Assembly (NCBI GenBank): GCA_027340875.1
Contig: DAIENX010000018.1
Span: 1-48,980, forward strand
From: Elusimicrobiota bacterium
GTDB taxonomy: Bacteria; Elusimicrobiota; Elusimicrobia; Elusimicrobiales; UBA9959
DNA: 48,980 bases
Direction: 5' to 3'
Shown one piece after another: positions 34,556 through 43,424 of the stretch. A program made the translations under genes and the position numbers. Every line of letters starts with the position of its first letter. The first letter of the stretch is position 1. The notes under the pieces were generated by a model. That model was not told the DNA's origin. It made no database searches and was given only the letters and a program-made list of their open reading frames with translations.

Positions 34556-35749
34556 ATGAAAAACATACTTTTTAAGTTCGTGTTCGCCGCAGGCTGTTTT
34601 GCGGCCGTACTGGCCGCCGGAGCGCCGGAAGCCGGAGCCGTGCCGGTGTTCGCGCGGAAATACGGCTTCAGCTGCAACATGTGCCATTCCGGCTTCCCGA
34701 GGCTCAACGACTTCGGCGTCCGCTACCGGCAGAACGGCTACCGGCTGCCCGGCCGGGAGGGAGAGGAGAGGACCGTGCTGCAGGGGCATTCGCCGGTGGC
34801 GCTGCGCACCAGCGCCGGCTACAACTACGACAGGTTCCACAACGCCGCCGGCGCCACGGTACGGCAGTTCCAGTTGAACGGGGTGGACCTGCTGTCCGGG
34901 GGGCTGCTCAGCCGGGACGCGGGGTACATCTTCGTGTACGTGCCGGAGGTCGCCGGTTCGGGGGGAGTGGCGGCGCAGACCGGGACGCTGGAGATGGCCA
35001 GCGTGGTCTTCCCGGAACTGGGCACTACGTGGCTGAACGTGAGGGTGGGCCGTTTCGAGCCGGCTTACGCCGCCTTCAGCGTGAAGAGGCATCTCTCGGT
35101 CTCGCCCTACGAAGCGTACGACTTCGGTTTCAAGGGAGGCGCGCCCTTCAGCGACACGAGGGAAGGGGTGGAGGTTACTGGGCACGGTGGCGGCTTCGGC
35201 TACGCGGCCGGGGCGATAAACGCCCCCAGCCCGGCGGGCTCCTCGCAGACTTCTACGGACCTCTACGCCAGGGCCGAGAAGGTGTTCGGAGAGGGCGAGG
35301 GGCAGACAGCCGGCTATAAGGTGGGGCTGACCGGCTATACCGGGCGCGCCAGGTCCGACGCTTCCCTGCCGCAGTACAGCCGGCGGGGCTACAGCAGGGC
35401 CGGGGTGGACGCGAGCCTCAACTACCTTAACCTGAACCTCGCGCTGCAGTACCTCAACGGCACCGACGACAAGACGCTGTGGGGAAGGACCAGGGACCTG
35501 ACCTATTCCGCCGGGTTCGCGGAGCTGAGCTATTTCCCGTCGGTCAGCCTGACCTGCTTCGCCCGCTACGACGAGGTGGGCGGGCCGCGTTCGGCGGGGG
35601 CGCAGATCAGCAGGTGGACCCTCGGAGGCAGGTACTACCCGGCCGACAACGTGGCCTTGCATCCGGAGTACTCGTTCCGGAAGCAGGGGCAGCCGGGCGG
35701 GGCCGCTACGGAGGCCTTCTTCACCGCCAGGGTGGATTTCGCGTTCTGA
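34556..35749 (+). CDS. Cyc2-like fused monoheme cytochrome c / outer-membrane porin
   Basis: Signal peptide then AVPVFARKYGFSCNMCHSGFPRLNDFGVRYRQNGY; beta-strand-rich body; terminal Phe (RVDFAF). Confidence 0.75.
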   Translation: MKNILFKFVFAAGCFAAVLAAGAPEAGAVPVFARKYGFSCNMCHSGFPRLNDFGVRYRQNGYRLPGREGEERTVLQGHSPVALRTSAGYNYDRFHNAAGATVRQFQLNGVDLLSGGLLSRDAGYIFVYVPEVAGSGGVAAQTGTLEMASVVFPELGTTWLNVRVGRFEPAYAAFSVKRHLSVSPYEAYDFGFKGGAPFSDTREGVEVTGHGGGFGYAAGAINAPSPAGSSQTSTDLYARAEKVFGEGEGQTAGYKVGLTGYTGRARSDASLPQYSRRGYSRAGVDASLNYLNLNLALQYLNGTDDKTLWGRTRDLTYSAGFAELSYFPSVSLTCFARYDEVGGPRSAGAQISRWTLGGRYYPADNVALHPEYSFRKQGQPGGAATEAFFTARVDFAF

Positions 35750-35795
35750 GAGCGGCGCCGGAATATCCGGGGCCGCGGCCGCAGCGCGCGATACA

Positions 35796-35830
35796 AAATA
35801 AAAGGCCCCGCGGAACGGGGCCTTTTATTT
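35796..35830. terminator. Bidirectional intrinsic terminator
   Basis: AAATAAAAGGCCCCG-cggaa-CGGGGCCTTTTATTT between convergent genes. Confidence 0.85.
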
Positions 35831-35845
35831 GTCGCGCTTCCGGTC

Positions 35846-36811
35846 CTACCAGTTGAAGCCGTCGCGCAGGGCCGAGAAGGCCGGGCCGGCGCGGAAAGCC
35901 GGGGCCTCGGCCGGGGCCGCGTCCGCCAGCTCGGAGGCCTTAGCCGGCTTGTACCAGCAGAGGGGCCTGAAGCCGAAGCTGAAGCCGCCGGAGCGGGTGC
36001 AGGTGCCGGCGGCCGGGTCGGTGTTGCTGAGCGCCGCCGAGACCGGCTGCGGGCAGATGGAGCCCTGCAGGTAGGTGTCCAGGCGGCACTGAGTGGCGGG
36101 ATGGGACTCGAACATCGTGCTCACGACGTTCTGGTCTGGGGTGGCGAACAGCGGCGGGGTGGTCTCGTGGTGCAGGTCCATGAAGAGGGCGGCCACTGAC
36201 TTGCCGGCCTTGGTACCCCTGATGCAGATGTCCCGGTCCAGGGAAGAGGCGAAAGCGGTCTCGCAGGCCTCTACCGCCACCTGGTCGTCGTCCTTATCGG
36301 CGGTGAAGGCCGCGGCGCCGGGGTCGGCGAAGACCTTCCTGAGGCACTTGAGGTTGGCGTAGTAGTCGCTCTGGCCCTCTATCGAGGCCCAGCTGTTGAA
36401 CCAGCCGCCGCTCTTGGGGGCGCCGCCGAGATGATGGCCGAGCTCGTGGCAGACCACCAGCGCGAAGCCGTCCATCGTGATGGCGTCGTGGCGGGCCAGG
36501 CCGCCGTACATGTTGAGGATGAACTTGTTGCCGCTCTGTTGGGCGGAGGCGTTGACGGTGGCGTCGGTCCAGCGGCGGTTGATCTGCAGCACGCCGCCCT
36601 GCTGGGCCACTATAGGTCCGTAAAGGCGCTGTATCGTGTCGAGGACGCCGTTGAACTGCGCCTCGGTTATGCCCCTGGCCTCCGGCGAGTCGACGGGGAT
36701 CCTCATGTCGTTGGGCGGCAGGAAGCCCGGGCAGTCGGACGCGCGGGCGGGAACTACGGCGGCCGCGAGAAGCAGGGCGGAAGCCGCGGAGATCAGGATG
36801 TTCTTTTTCAT
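35846..36811 (-). CDS. Secreted zinc metalloprotease-like protein
   Basis: Signal peptide; VVCHELGHHLGG (HExxH), EGQSDYYA, HPATQCRLDT. Confidence 0.8.
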   Translation of the reverse strand: MKKNILISAASALLLAAAVVPARASDCPGFLPPNDMRIPVDSPEARGITEAQFNGVLDTIQRLYGPIVAQQGGVLQINRRWTDATVNASAQQSGNKFILNMYGGLARHDAITMDGFALVVCHELGHHLGGAPKSGGWFNSWASIEGQSDYYANLKCLRKVFADPGAAAFTADKDDDQVAVEACETAFASSLDRDICIRGTKAGKSVAALFMDLHHETTPPLFATPDQNVVSTMFESHPATQCRLDTYLQGSICPQPVSAALSNTDPAAGTCTRSGGFSFGFRPLCWYKPAKASELADAAPAEAPAFRAGPAFSALRDGFNW

Positions 36812-36962
36812 GTTCCTTCCTTGTGTGCGGAGTATGACGAATATCAATACCCGGCTATTATACAGAAAAGAGGCCCGGATTGGAACATGCGCGCAGGGAA
36901 AGGCCGTTTCGGCCCGGGTTTTGCTAGAATATGCGCTGGCGGGACGGAACGCAGGGGGTTAT

Positions 36963-37334
36963 ATGCCTACTATACTGATGATGGACGACGACAAGGACTT
37001 CAGCAGCCTTGTGCACGCGAATTTCACCGGGCAGGGCTATAACGTCGTCCTGGCGCACAGCGGCAGGGAAGGCCTGGCGAAGGCCGCCGCGGCGAAGCCG
37101 GACATCATCTTCCTGGACATCATGATGCCGGACATGAACGGCATAGAGGTGCTGCGCGAGCTGCAGGCCGCCGACGAGACCTCGGACATCCCGGTCATCA
37201 TCATGAGCGGCAAGTACGTGGACCGGGGCATGACCGAACTTTTCGCGCAGGAGAGGAATTTCAAGGATTTCATGCCCAAGCCGGTCTCCTTCGCCAACCT
37301 GCAGCGCAGGGTCAAGGAGCTGCTCAAGAAGTGA
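36963..37334 (+). CDS. Single-domain response regulator
   Basis: MPTILMMDDD..PDIIFLDIMMPDMNG..PKP. Confidence 0.9.
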   Translation: MPTILMMDDDKDFSSLVHANFTGQGYNVVLAHSGREGLAKAAAAKPDIIFLDIMMPDMNGIEVLRELQAADETSDIPVIIMSGKYVDRGMTELFAQERNFKDFMPKPVSFANLQRRVKELLKK

Positions 37335-37351
37335 GCGGCGCTGGAGCGGGC

Positions 37352-37612
37352 ATGATCATCACCGTCAGGAAACCGACCGAACAGGAGAGGAAGGAAGCCG
37401 CCGCGTGGCCGGTCTGGAAGAAGGGACCCTCCTCCTTCCCGTGGAGCTACGGCGAGAAGGAGACCTGCCTGATACTGGAAGGCGAGGTCACCGTGGAGGC
37501 CGGCGGCGAGAAGGTCTCCTTCGGCCCCGGCGATTACGTGGTTTTTCCGGAAGGACTGGCCTGCACCTGGCATATCAGGAAGGCCGTCCGGAAGCATTAC
37601 AGGTTCGGCTAG
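37352..37612 (+). CDS. Cupin_3 (EutQ-like) small cupin
   Basis: WPVW..FPWSYGEKETCLILEGEVTV..GPGDYVVFPEGLACTW..VRKHY. Confidence 0.85.
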   Translation: MIITVRKPTEQERKEAAAWPVWKKGPSSFPWSYGEKETCLILEGEVTVEAGGEKVSFGPGDYVVFPEGLACTWHIRKAVRKHYRFG

Positions 37613-37646
37613 CCGCCTGCCGGCGAGGCTGGCTGCCCCTACGCGC

Positions 37647-38291
37647 ATGGACTCCGACAAGGCCAGGTTCGACTGCCAGGTGCGGCTGATAGCCGGGCTG
37701 CGCGAATTCTCCTCCCCGGTACCCGCGGTCTTCGCCGGCCAGAAGGAGTTCTTCCTCGTCACGCTGAACCGCGTGGCTTCCGACCTTAAAGAGTTCAAGC
37801 TGGAAAGCTTCCGCGCCCTCTCGGAATGGGTGCTGGGCCGCCGCCGCCGCGGACCGCTGGAGGAAAGGGACATTACCGCGTTCAAGGAGACGGCGGACAA
37901 GCTGCTGTCCGCCAGGGACTACCAGTTCGTCTGCGCCGCCCTGCCCGGCAGCGCCGAATTCCTGGCCGCGCGGCTCGCGGAGGCGGCGCCTGTCTCCATA
38001 GCCGAAGAAGAGAGGAAAAAGGAAGGCGAGCCGCGGGACCCGGCGGCCGACAGGCTGGTCGGGGACGCCTACCGCCGTCTCGGTTTCGACAGGCTGCAGC
38101 AGCTGGCCGGACGCCAGCCGGAGGGCGTGCTGCTGCAGCACGCCCGGGAGCTGGTGGCGGAATACTGCGCCGTCTACCGCCTGCCGCTGAGCGCCGACGA
38201 TACTTTACCGCCTTTCTCGCTTACCAGGATAGACGCCGTGGCGGGAGCCTGCTTCCGCCTGCTGGCGGTGCTCGGCCGCGGCGGGCGCTGA
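37647..38291 (+). CDS. Hypothetical protein, paralog of 29028-29663
   Basis: QVRLIAGLREF..QKEFFLVTL..IDAVAGACFRLLA. Confidence 0.75.
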   Translation: MDSDKARFDCQVRLIAGLREFSSPVPAVFAGQKEFFLVTLNRVASDLKEFKLESFRALSEWVLGRRRRGPLEERDITAFKETADKLLSARDYQFVCAALPGSAEFLAARLAEAAPVSIAEEERKKEGEPRDPAADRLVGDAYRRLGFDRLQQLAGRQPEGVLLQHARELVAEYCAVYRLPLSADDTLPPFSLTRIDAVAGACFRLLAVLGRGGR

Positions 38292-38294
38292 ACG

Positions 38295-39593
38295 CTAGCG
38301 CCCGCCGGTATCGGTGGGCGAGATGCCGGCGGGGCCGGAGCCGCCGAAGCTTACGCTCTTGATCGGGACCACGGGGGCCAGCTTCTTTTTCCGGTCCTTC
38401 CCCGCTTTCCCGTCCCCGGGCCCGCTCTCTCCGGAAGCCGTCCGGCCGCCGGACATCATGCCGGCCACCCTTTTTCCCTGCACTGAATTGAAAGCCGCGG
38501 TGTTCTCCTCTTCGGGAGTGAGCGCGCGCTGCGAGGCGGCGGGCGCCGGCTCGGGGCGGAGCGCCTTGAGAGGGTCCTTCGCGCCGCCCAGCGCGGAGAC
38601 CGCGGGCCAGATCACGGTGAGGATCAGGCCGAAGCAGACCGCGGCTATGGCCGCCAGCGTGGACAGGTTGAAGGCCTTCAGAAGCATATCCATGCGGTGC
38701 AGGTGGCGGTCGTAATGCAGCCTGGCGCGGCTGAGCAGGGTGTCGTCGAGCCTTCCCGCCTTTTCCGCCAGCTCGGCCGCCGTCCTGTCGTCCTTCTGCA
38801 TCACCGCAGCCACGCTGCGCGCGAACCCGGTCCCGCCGGCCAGCTCGGCCGCCGCCAGCTTAAGGCGGCCCTTGGTCACCAGGTCGTCTTCGGAGAACTG
38901 CAGCAGCACGTCCATCAGCGCGCCCGGCCTCAGGCCCGCCTTCATCAGCAGGGCTATCGTGGTGTAGAGGTAGTAGAGCCGCAACTCGGCGGTGGCGTAG
39001 CGGCAGACCGGAAGCCAGTGCCCGGCCAGGCCCCTCGCCTTCCTGCCGGCGGAGGAGATGAAGAAGGCCCTCAGCGCCAGCAGGGCAAGAGCGCCTATGC
39101 CGAGCAGCTTCGGCCAGGACTCGGCCAGCCATTCGGCCAGCGAGGCGAACAGGAAGGCCTGCGGGGGCAGCTCCGCGCCGGACTTCAGCAGCGGCTCCAT
39201 TACCAGCGGCATGACCTTGAACGAGACCAGCAGGAACAGGCCGGCGGCCAGCACGGTCGCGGCCAGCGGGTAGACCAGCATGCGCTCGAGCTGCCTGCGG
39301 AACTTGAGCCGCGCCTCCAGGCAGTCTGCGTAGAGTTCCAGGAATTCCTCCGTCTTGCCGCCCTCCTCGCCGGCCCGGAGCAGCGCTATGAAGAGAGGGG
39401 GGAAGGCGCGCCGGGCGGCGAAAGCCTCGTGCAGCGAGGTCCCGCCGGCGGTCAGCTCCGCCGCGCCGGCCAGCAGCCGGCCGTGCCTGCGCGAGGAGGC
39501 CAAAGTCTTGAACGCGTCGGAGAGCGGCAGGCCGCTGCGCACGGCGGAGACCAGCGCGCGGGAAAGGTCCAGCAGGGCTTCGTCGGATACCAT
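38295..39593 (-). CDS. Type II secretion/type IV pilus platform protein (GspF/PilC family)
   Basis: VRSGLPLSDAF..FPPLFIALLRAGEEGG..MLVYP..AEKAGRLD. Confidence 0.8.
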   Translation of the reverse strand: MVSDEALLDLSRALVSAVRSGLPLSDAFKTLASSRRHGRLLAGAAELTAGGTSLHEAFAARRAFPPLFIALLRAGEEGGKTEEFLELYADCLEARLKFRRQLERMLVYPLAATVLAAGLFLLVSFKVMPLVMEPLLKSGAELPPQAFLFASLAEWLAESWPKLLGIGALALLALRAFFISSAGRKARGLAGHWLPVCRYATAELRLYYLYTTIALLMKAGLRPGALMDVLLQFSEDDLVTKGRLKLAAAELAGGTGFARSVAAVMQKDDRTAAELAEKAGRLDDTLLSRARLHYDRHLHRMDMLLKAFNLSTLAAIAAVCFGLILTVIWPAVSALGGAKDPLKALRPEPAPAASQRALTPEEENTAAFNSVQGKRVAGMMSGGRTASGESGPGDGKAGKDRKKKLAPVVPIKSVSFGGSGPAGISPTDTGGR

Positions 39594-39626
39594 CGTCAGG
39601 TTATGATAACAAAAAAAGCCGCGCGC

Positions 39627-40064
39627 TCAGGCGCGCAGCAGCCGCAGGAAGAAGCGGAAATACCTGACGCTCGAGAGGGCCAGCGCCAGGCCTATGCCGT
39701 TGTAGAGCAGCGAGAGGTACTGTTTGGGCAGCGCGGAGTGGCGCAGCGTGACGCCGAGCATCACCATGAAGCCGACCAGCAGGTAGCTCTTCCAGGTGAT
39801 GAACGAGAAGACGCAGCGCTTCTCCTCCAGCGGGAGCAGTCTGGCGAGGTTCTTGTCCGCGACCCTGAGAAAGCCGAAATGGTGTATGGGGAGTGCGGCC
39901 AGCAGGCCGGCCGCGTAGAAGAAGGGGCGGCCGGGGCCTTCGTAGGCCGAAAGCCAGCCGAAAGCCAGCCGCATGAGCCCGCTCCCGGCGCCCAGCCACA
40001 CCGCGCCGGCCAGGAAGACCAGCGCTTTTTTGTCCACTGCGGGCTTGATGGCGTCGAGGCTCAT
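39627..40064 (-). CDS. Hypothetical membrane protein
   Basis: LVFLAGAVWLGAG..CVFSFITWKSYLLVGFMVMLGVTLRHS; alternative start 40109. Confidence 0.7.
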   Translation of the reverse strand: MSLDAIKPAVDKKALVFLAGAVWLGAGSGLMRLAFGWLSAYEGPGRPFFYAAGLLAALPIHHFGFLRVADKNLARLLPLEEKRCVFSFITWKSYLLVGFMVMLGVTLRHSALPKQYLSLLYNGIGLALALSSVRYFRFFLRLLRA

Positions 40065-40110
40065 GAGGTAAGCGCGGGCCGGGAAGCCCGTCAGCTTGAA
40101 GTTTAGCATT

Positions 40111-40995
40111 TTAACGGGAGCCGCACTCGTTGTAGACCGCGTCCTCCTCGGCCAGCAGGCCCGTCAGCTCCTGCCGAAGGGCGGGGGAGGGCTCTGGAAC
40201 GGCGTCCTGACGGTAATAGGAGCTGAGCAGGCCGTAGAACCTGGCCCTGTCGGCGGTGTCCGCTATCTCGGAGCCCGGGTTGCGGGTCAGGCCGCCGATG
40301 CTGAAGCCGGGCTCGCGCATTTTGGCCGCCCAGTAGCGGGCCTTCTCGTCCGTGAGCTTAGCGTTGAGCTCCCTGAGCTTCTTCTTGCGGGCCTCGCAGG
40401 AGGGGCCGGAGAACGAGGCAGGGGCGTCCCTGAAGGCGGTGGCCGAGGGGGCGTCCTTAAGGCCCGGCATGGCCGCCGGCCACGGTATGGGGTCCCAGGT
40501 CAGGTCCTCCAGCGGGGCTTCCGGCAGACGCGGCCAGTCCCTGTCCTCTTCCGCCATCCCGGCGGCGAGGACCTGGCCGGTCTTCACGCTGACCAGCTTG
40601 GCCAGCACCTTGATCTTGTCGCCGCTGGCGAAGACGGAACCGGTCACCACGCCGTCCACGGAGAAGATCCCGTCCAGGTCTCCGGGGGCCTCCGCGGCGG
40701 AACGGGCCTCCTTCAGGACGGCGTCCAGCTGGGAGCGCTCTATCAGGGCCGGCTCCCCCCGGCGGGCGAGCTCGGCGGCTATGCGCTCCGAGACGAAATC
40801 ACCCTCCTCCCTGCCGGCCCCCGCCTTGACGGCGAAGCCGAGAACGGCTATGCGCTTCATGCCGGAATCCACGGCGGCGTCCCCCAGCTCCCCGGCCAGG
40901 GACGCGTAACTGCCGCCCGCCATGACAGGAGCCGGAAACAGCGCAGCGAAAAACGGGGCCATCGCCGCAACAAGGAAGAAGCTGACGAGCTTCAT
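40111..40995 (-). CDS. Exported FlgO/CsgG-like (TolB-N fold) protein
   Basis: Signal peptide; RIAVLGF..LIERSQLDAVLKE..VDGVVTGS..KLVSVKTGQVLAA. Confidence 0.7.
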   Translation of the reverse strand: MKLVSFFLVAAMAPFFAALFPAPVMAGGSYASLAGELGDAAVDSGMKRIAVLGFAVKAGAGREEGDFVSERIAAELARRGEPALIERSQLDAVLKEARSAAEAPGDLDGIFSVDGVVTGSVFASGDKIKVLAKLVSVKTGQVLAAGMAEEDRDWPRLPEAPLEDLTWDPIPWPAAMPGLKDAPSATAFRDAPASFSGPSCEARKKKLRELNAKLTDEKARYWAAKMREPGFSIGGLTRNPGSEIADTADRARFYGLLSSYYRQDAVPEPSPALRQELTGLLAEEDAVYNECGSR

Positions 40996-41106
40996 AACCC
41001 ACCCCCTTTTTAAAGTATACAGCGGCCGCCGCGGGTTCTCAATTGCCGGGTTCCGTATTTTGCTGACTTTTATCCTCTTTGGCCGGCGTTTGCTAGAATA
41101 TCCGGG

Positions 41107-41547
41107 ATGGAAAGGGAGAGTCTGCTCGTCAGCGCCTGCCTGCTGGGCGTGAAATGCCGCTACGACGGCGGCGACCAGTACTGCGCCTCCGCGGTGAAGC
41201 TGCTGGAGCGCTACGACCTGGTACCGGTCTGCCCGGAGCTGCTCGGCGGCATGGGCGTGCCGAGGACCCCGGCGGAGCTGCGCGGCGGCCGCGTCATCTC
41301 CGCCGACGGCGAGGACAGGACGGACAAGTTCCGTCTGGGCGCGGAGCTGGCGCTGAAGCTGGCCCGGCGTACCGGGGCGCGCAGGGCGCTGCTGAAGTCC
41401 GGCAGTCCTTCGTGCGGACCCGACTTCGTTCATGACGGCACTTTCGGCGGCGGTACCGTGCCGGGCCGCGGGGTAGCCGCGGCCTTGCTGGCCGAGGGCG
41501 GCCTGCGGATATTTTCGGAGAAGGACCTGTCTGGTCTGGGAGTCTAA
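41107..41547 (+). CDS. DUF523 family (2-thiouracil desulfurase-like) protein
   Basis: LVSACLLGVKCRYDG..VCPELLGGMGVPR..LKSGSPSCG. Confidence 0.9.
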   Translation: MERESLLVSACLLGVKCRYDGGDQYCASAVKLLERYDLVPVCPELLGGMGVPRTPAELRGGRVISADGEDRTDKFRLGAELALKLARRTGARRALLKSGSPSCGPDFVHDGTFGGGTVPGRGVAAALLAEGGLRIFSEKDLSGLGV

Positions 41548-41556
41548 GGGGGGCTT

Positions 41557-42033
41557 GTGCGCATATCGAGGACCACTAAGCCGGCCGACCTGCGGGTCTG
41601 CGCCGGGTACATGGCCGCCGCGGACCCGTGGCTGAGGCTGGGCCGCGGCTACCGGGCCTGCCTGGCCGCGCTGCGCGCGCCGCGCGAGGTGTACGCGGCC
41701 CGCGAGAAGGGCGCCATCGCCGGCTTCATAGCCCTGCAGACCTACGGCGTGCTGAACGGCTACATCCAGACCGTCTGCGTGGCGCCCGGCTGGCGGGGAC
41801 GCGGCGTGGGAACGGCCCTGGTCCGCTTCGCGGAGAAGCGCATCCTCTCGAAAGGGCCGAACGTCTTCATGTGCGTTTCCTCTTTCAACCGGGGAGCGCG
41901 CAGGCTGTACGGGCGCCTGGGCTACGAGAAGGCCGGCCTGCTGAAGGATTTCATCATCCGCGGCGAGGACGAGCTGCTGCTGCGCAAGACCACCGGCCCC
42001 CGGTCGGAGTTCGCGGCCCGCCGCCGAAATTGA
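41557..42033 (+). CDS. GNAT family N-acetyltransferase
   Basis: YIQTVCVAPGWRGRGVGTAL..VSSFNRGARRLYGRLGY. Confidence 0.88.
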   Translation: MRISRTTKPADLRVCAGYMAAADPWLRLGRGYRACLAALRAPREVYAAREKGAIAGFIALQTYGVLNGYIQTVCVAPGWRGRGVGTALVRFAEKRILSKGPNVFMCVSSFNRGARRLYGRLGYEKAGLLKDFIIRGEDELLLRKTTGPRSEFAARRRN

Positions 42034-42086
42034 CAGGCGCCGCGCAAAACCGATAGATTTTATACGTAAGCTTTCAGGAGAACAGA

Positions 42087-42806
42087 ATGAAAAAAGCGCT
42101 TTTCGCAGCCGTACTCGCGGCCTTCCCGGCCGCTGTTAACGCCCAGACCTCCGCGTTCCTGCAGCTGGCCCCGGCCTTGGAGCGGACGGCCGAGGCCCCG
42201 AAAGTCCCGGCCCCCGAGGCCGTCCGGGCCGGGGAGGCCAGGTCCGTACTGCTGCTGCTGGACCCGCGGACCGGTAAAACGATCACCGTCATACCGACGG
42301 GCGGCGGCTTCGTCTACGCGGCCACCGGGAAGTTCCAGCCGGCCGTATATAACGGCTCCGGCTACGTCCTGCCCGGCGGGCAGTTCCTGCCGGCGGTCGG
42401 AGGGAGCCGTGCGCCAAAGCCCGACGGCCTGACCGGCAAATGGCTGGGCTGGGGCGAATGGACCTACCAGGGTTCCGGAGCGCGCTGCGACATGAAGCTG
42501 GAGTTCGAAGATACCCCCGAGTACCTGTTCCGCAAGGGCGGCTATTTCGACTGCGGCTTCGTGGCTCTGGCCAGCGAGCCGGCGCGTTTCGCGAAGAAAG
42601 GGACCCAGCTGCTCGACGAGGCCGGCAATCCCGCCGGCTCCTACGAGGGCGGCGTCATAACCCTGCGCGAGGCCTACAGCGCGGAAGTTTCCATAACCAC
42701 CACGATCAAGGCTGACGGGCTGCACTTCGACTACTCGGAGATCTGGACCGAGAAGGACGGCTCCGAGCTGTACGTCATTACCGGCAGGCTGTTCACCGGC
42801 GGCTGA
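42087..42806 (+). CDS. Hypothetical secreted protein
   Basis: MKKALFAAVLAAFPAAVNA signal peptide; RBS AGGAG. Confidence 0.75.
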   Translation: MKKALFAAVLAAFPAAVNAQTSAFLQLAPALERTAEAPKVPAPEAVRAGEARSVLLLLDPRTGKTITVIPTGGGFVYAATGKFQPAVYNGSGYVLPGGQFLPAVGGSRAPKPDGLTGKWLGWGEWTYQGSGARCDMKLEFEDTPEYLFRKGGYFDCGFVALASEPARFAKKGTQLLDEAGNPAGSYEGGVITLREAYSAEVSITTTIKADGLHFDYSEIWTEKDGSELYVITGRLFTGG

Positions 42807-42840
42807 GCGCCGGCGGGCCTGAGACGAGGGATATCATCGT

Positions 42841-43362
42841 ATGAACAAGAACATCTTCGCTTCCGTTCTGGTCCCGCTGCTGCTGGCCGCCTGCGCCGGA
42901 GGCAAGCCGCCCGCTCCGCCGGTGAAGGAATACCTTAAGGCGCTGCTGCGCGCGCAGTACGGCGGCGGCGTTGAGCTGACCGCGCTGAAAGTGACCGGGG
43001 AGAAGGGCGGGGACGTCTTCGGCGTGCCGTTCCACGACGTATATTATTCCTACGATATCCTCTGCAACGTGCCCGTGCAGGGGGAGGGCTTCAAGACCTT
43101 CTCCACCGAGAACGTGATACTCCTGGACGAGTTCCTGAAGGCTCAGAAGGGGCCCTGGGAGAAGATAGACTTCACGCCCGTCATGAGGCTGAAGATGAGG
43201 ATGTCGGCGGAGGAGCTCAAGTCGCTTTCGGACGCCTATGCCGTGAAGAAGTCGCTGCTGCTTTGCAAGCCGGGGGAGAACGCGTCCCTCAGCGGCGCGG
43301 TGCGGTTCATGCTGAAGGACGGCGGCTGGGAGGCCTCTCCGGACCAGCCGCCCGCCAGGTAG
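42841..43362 (+). CDS. Putative lipoprotein
   Basis: Lipobox LLAAC. Confidence 0.75.
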   Translation: MNKNIFASVLVPLLLAACAGGKPPAPPVKEYLKALLRAQYGGGVELTALKVTGEKGGDVFGVPFHDVYYSYDILCNVPVQGEGFKTFSTENVILLDEFLKAQKGPWEKIDFTPVMRLKMRMSAEELKSLSDAYAVKKSLLLCKPGENASLSGAVRFMLKDGGWEASPDQPPAR

Positions 43363-43376
43363 GGGCCGTCAGCGCG

Positions 43377-43407
43377 AAAAAAACCGCCGGGAGACCGGCG
43401 GTTTTTT
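43377..43407. terminator. Bidirectional intrinsic terminator
   Basis: AAAAAAACCGCCGG-gaga-CCGGCGGTTTTTT between convergent genes. Confidence 0.85.
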
Positions 43408-43424
43408 CATGCCCTCGCGGCCGC

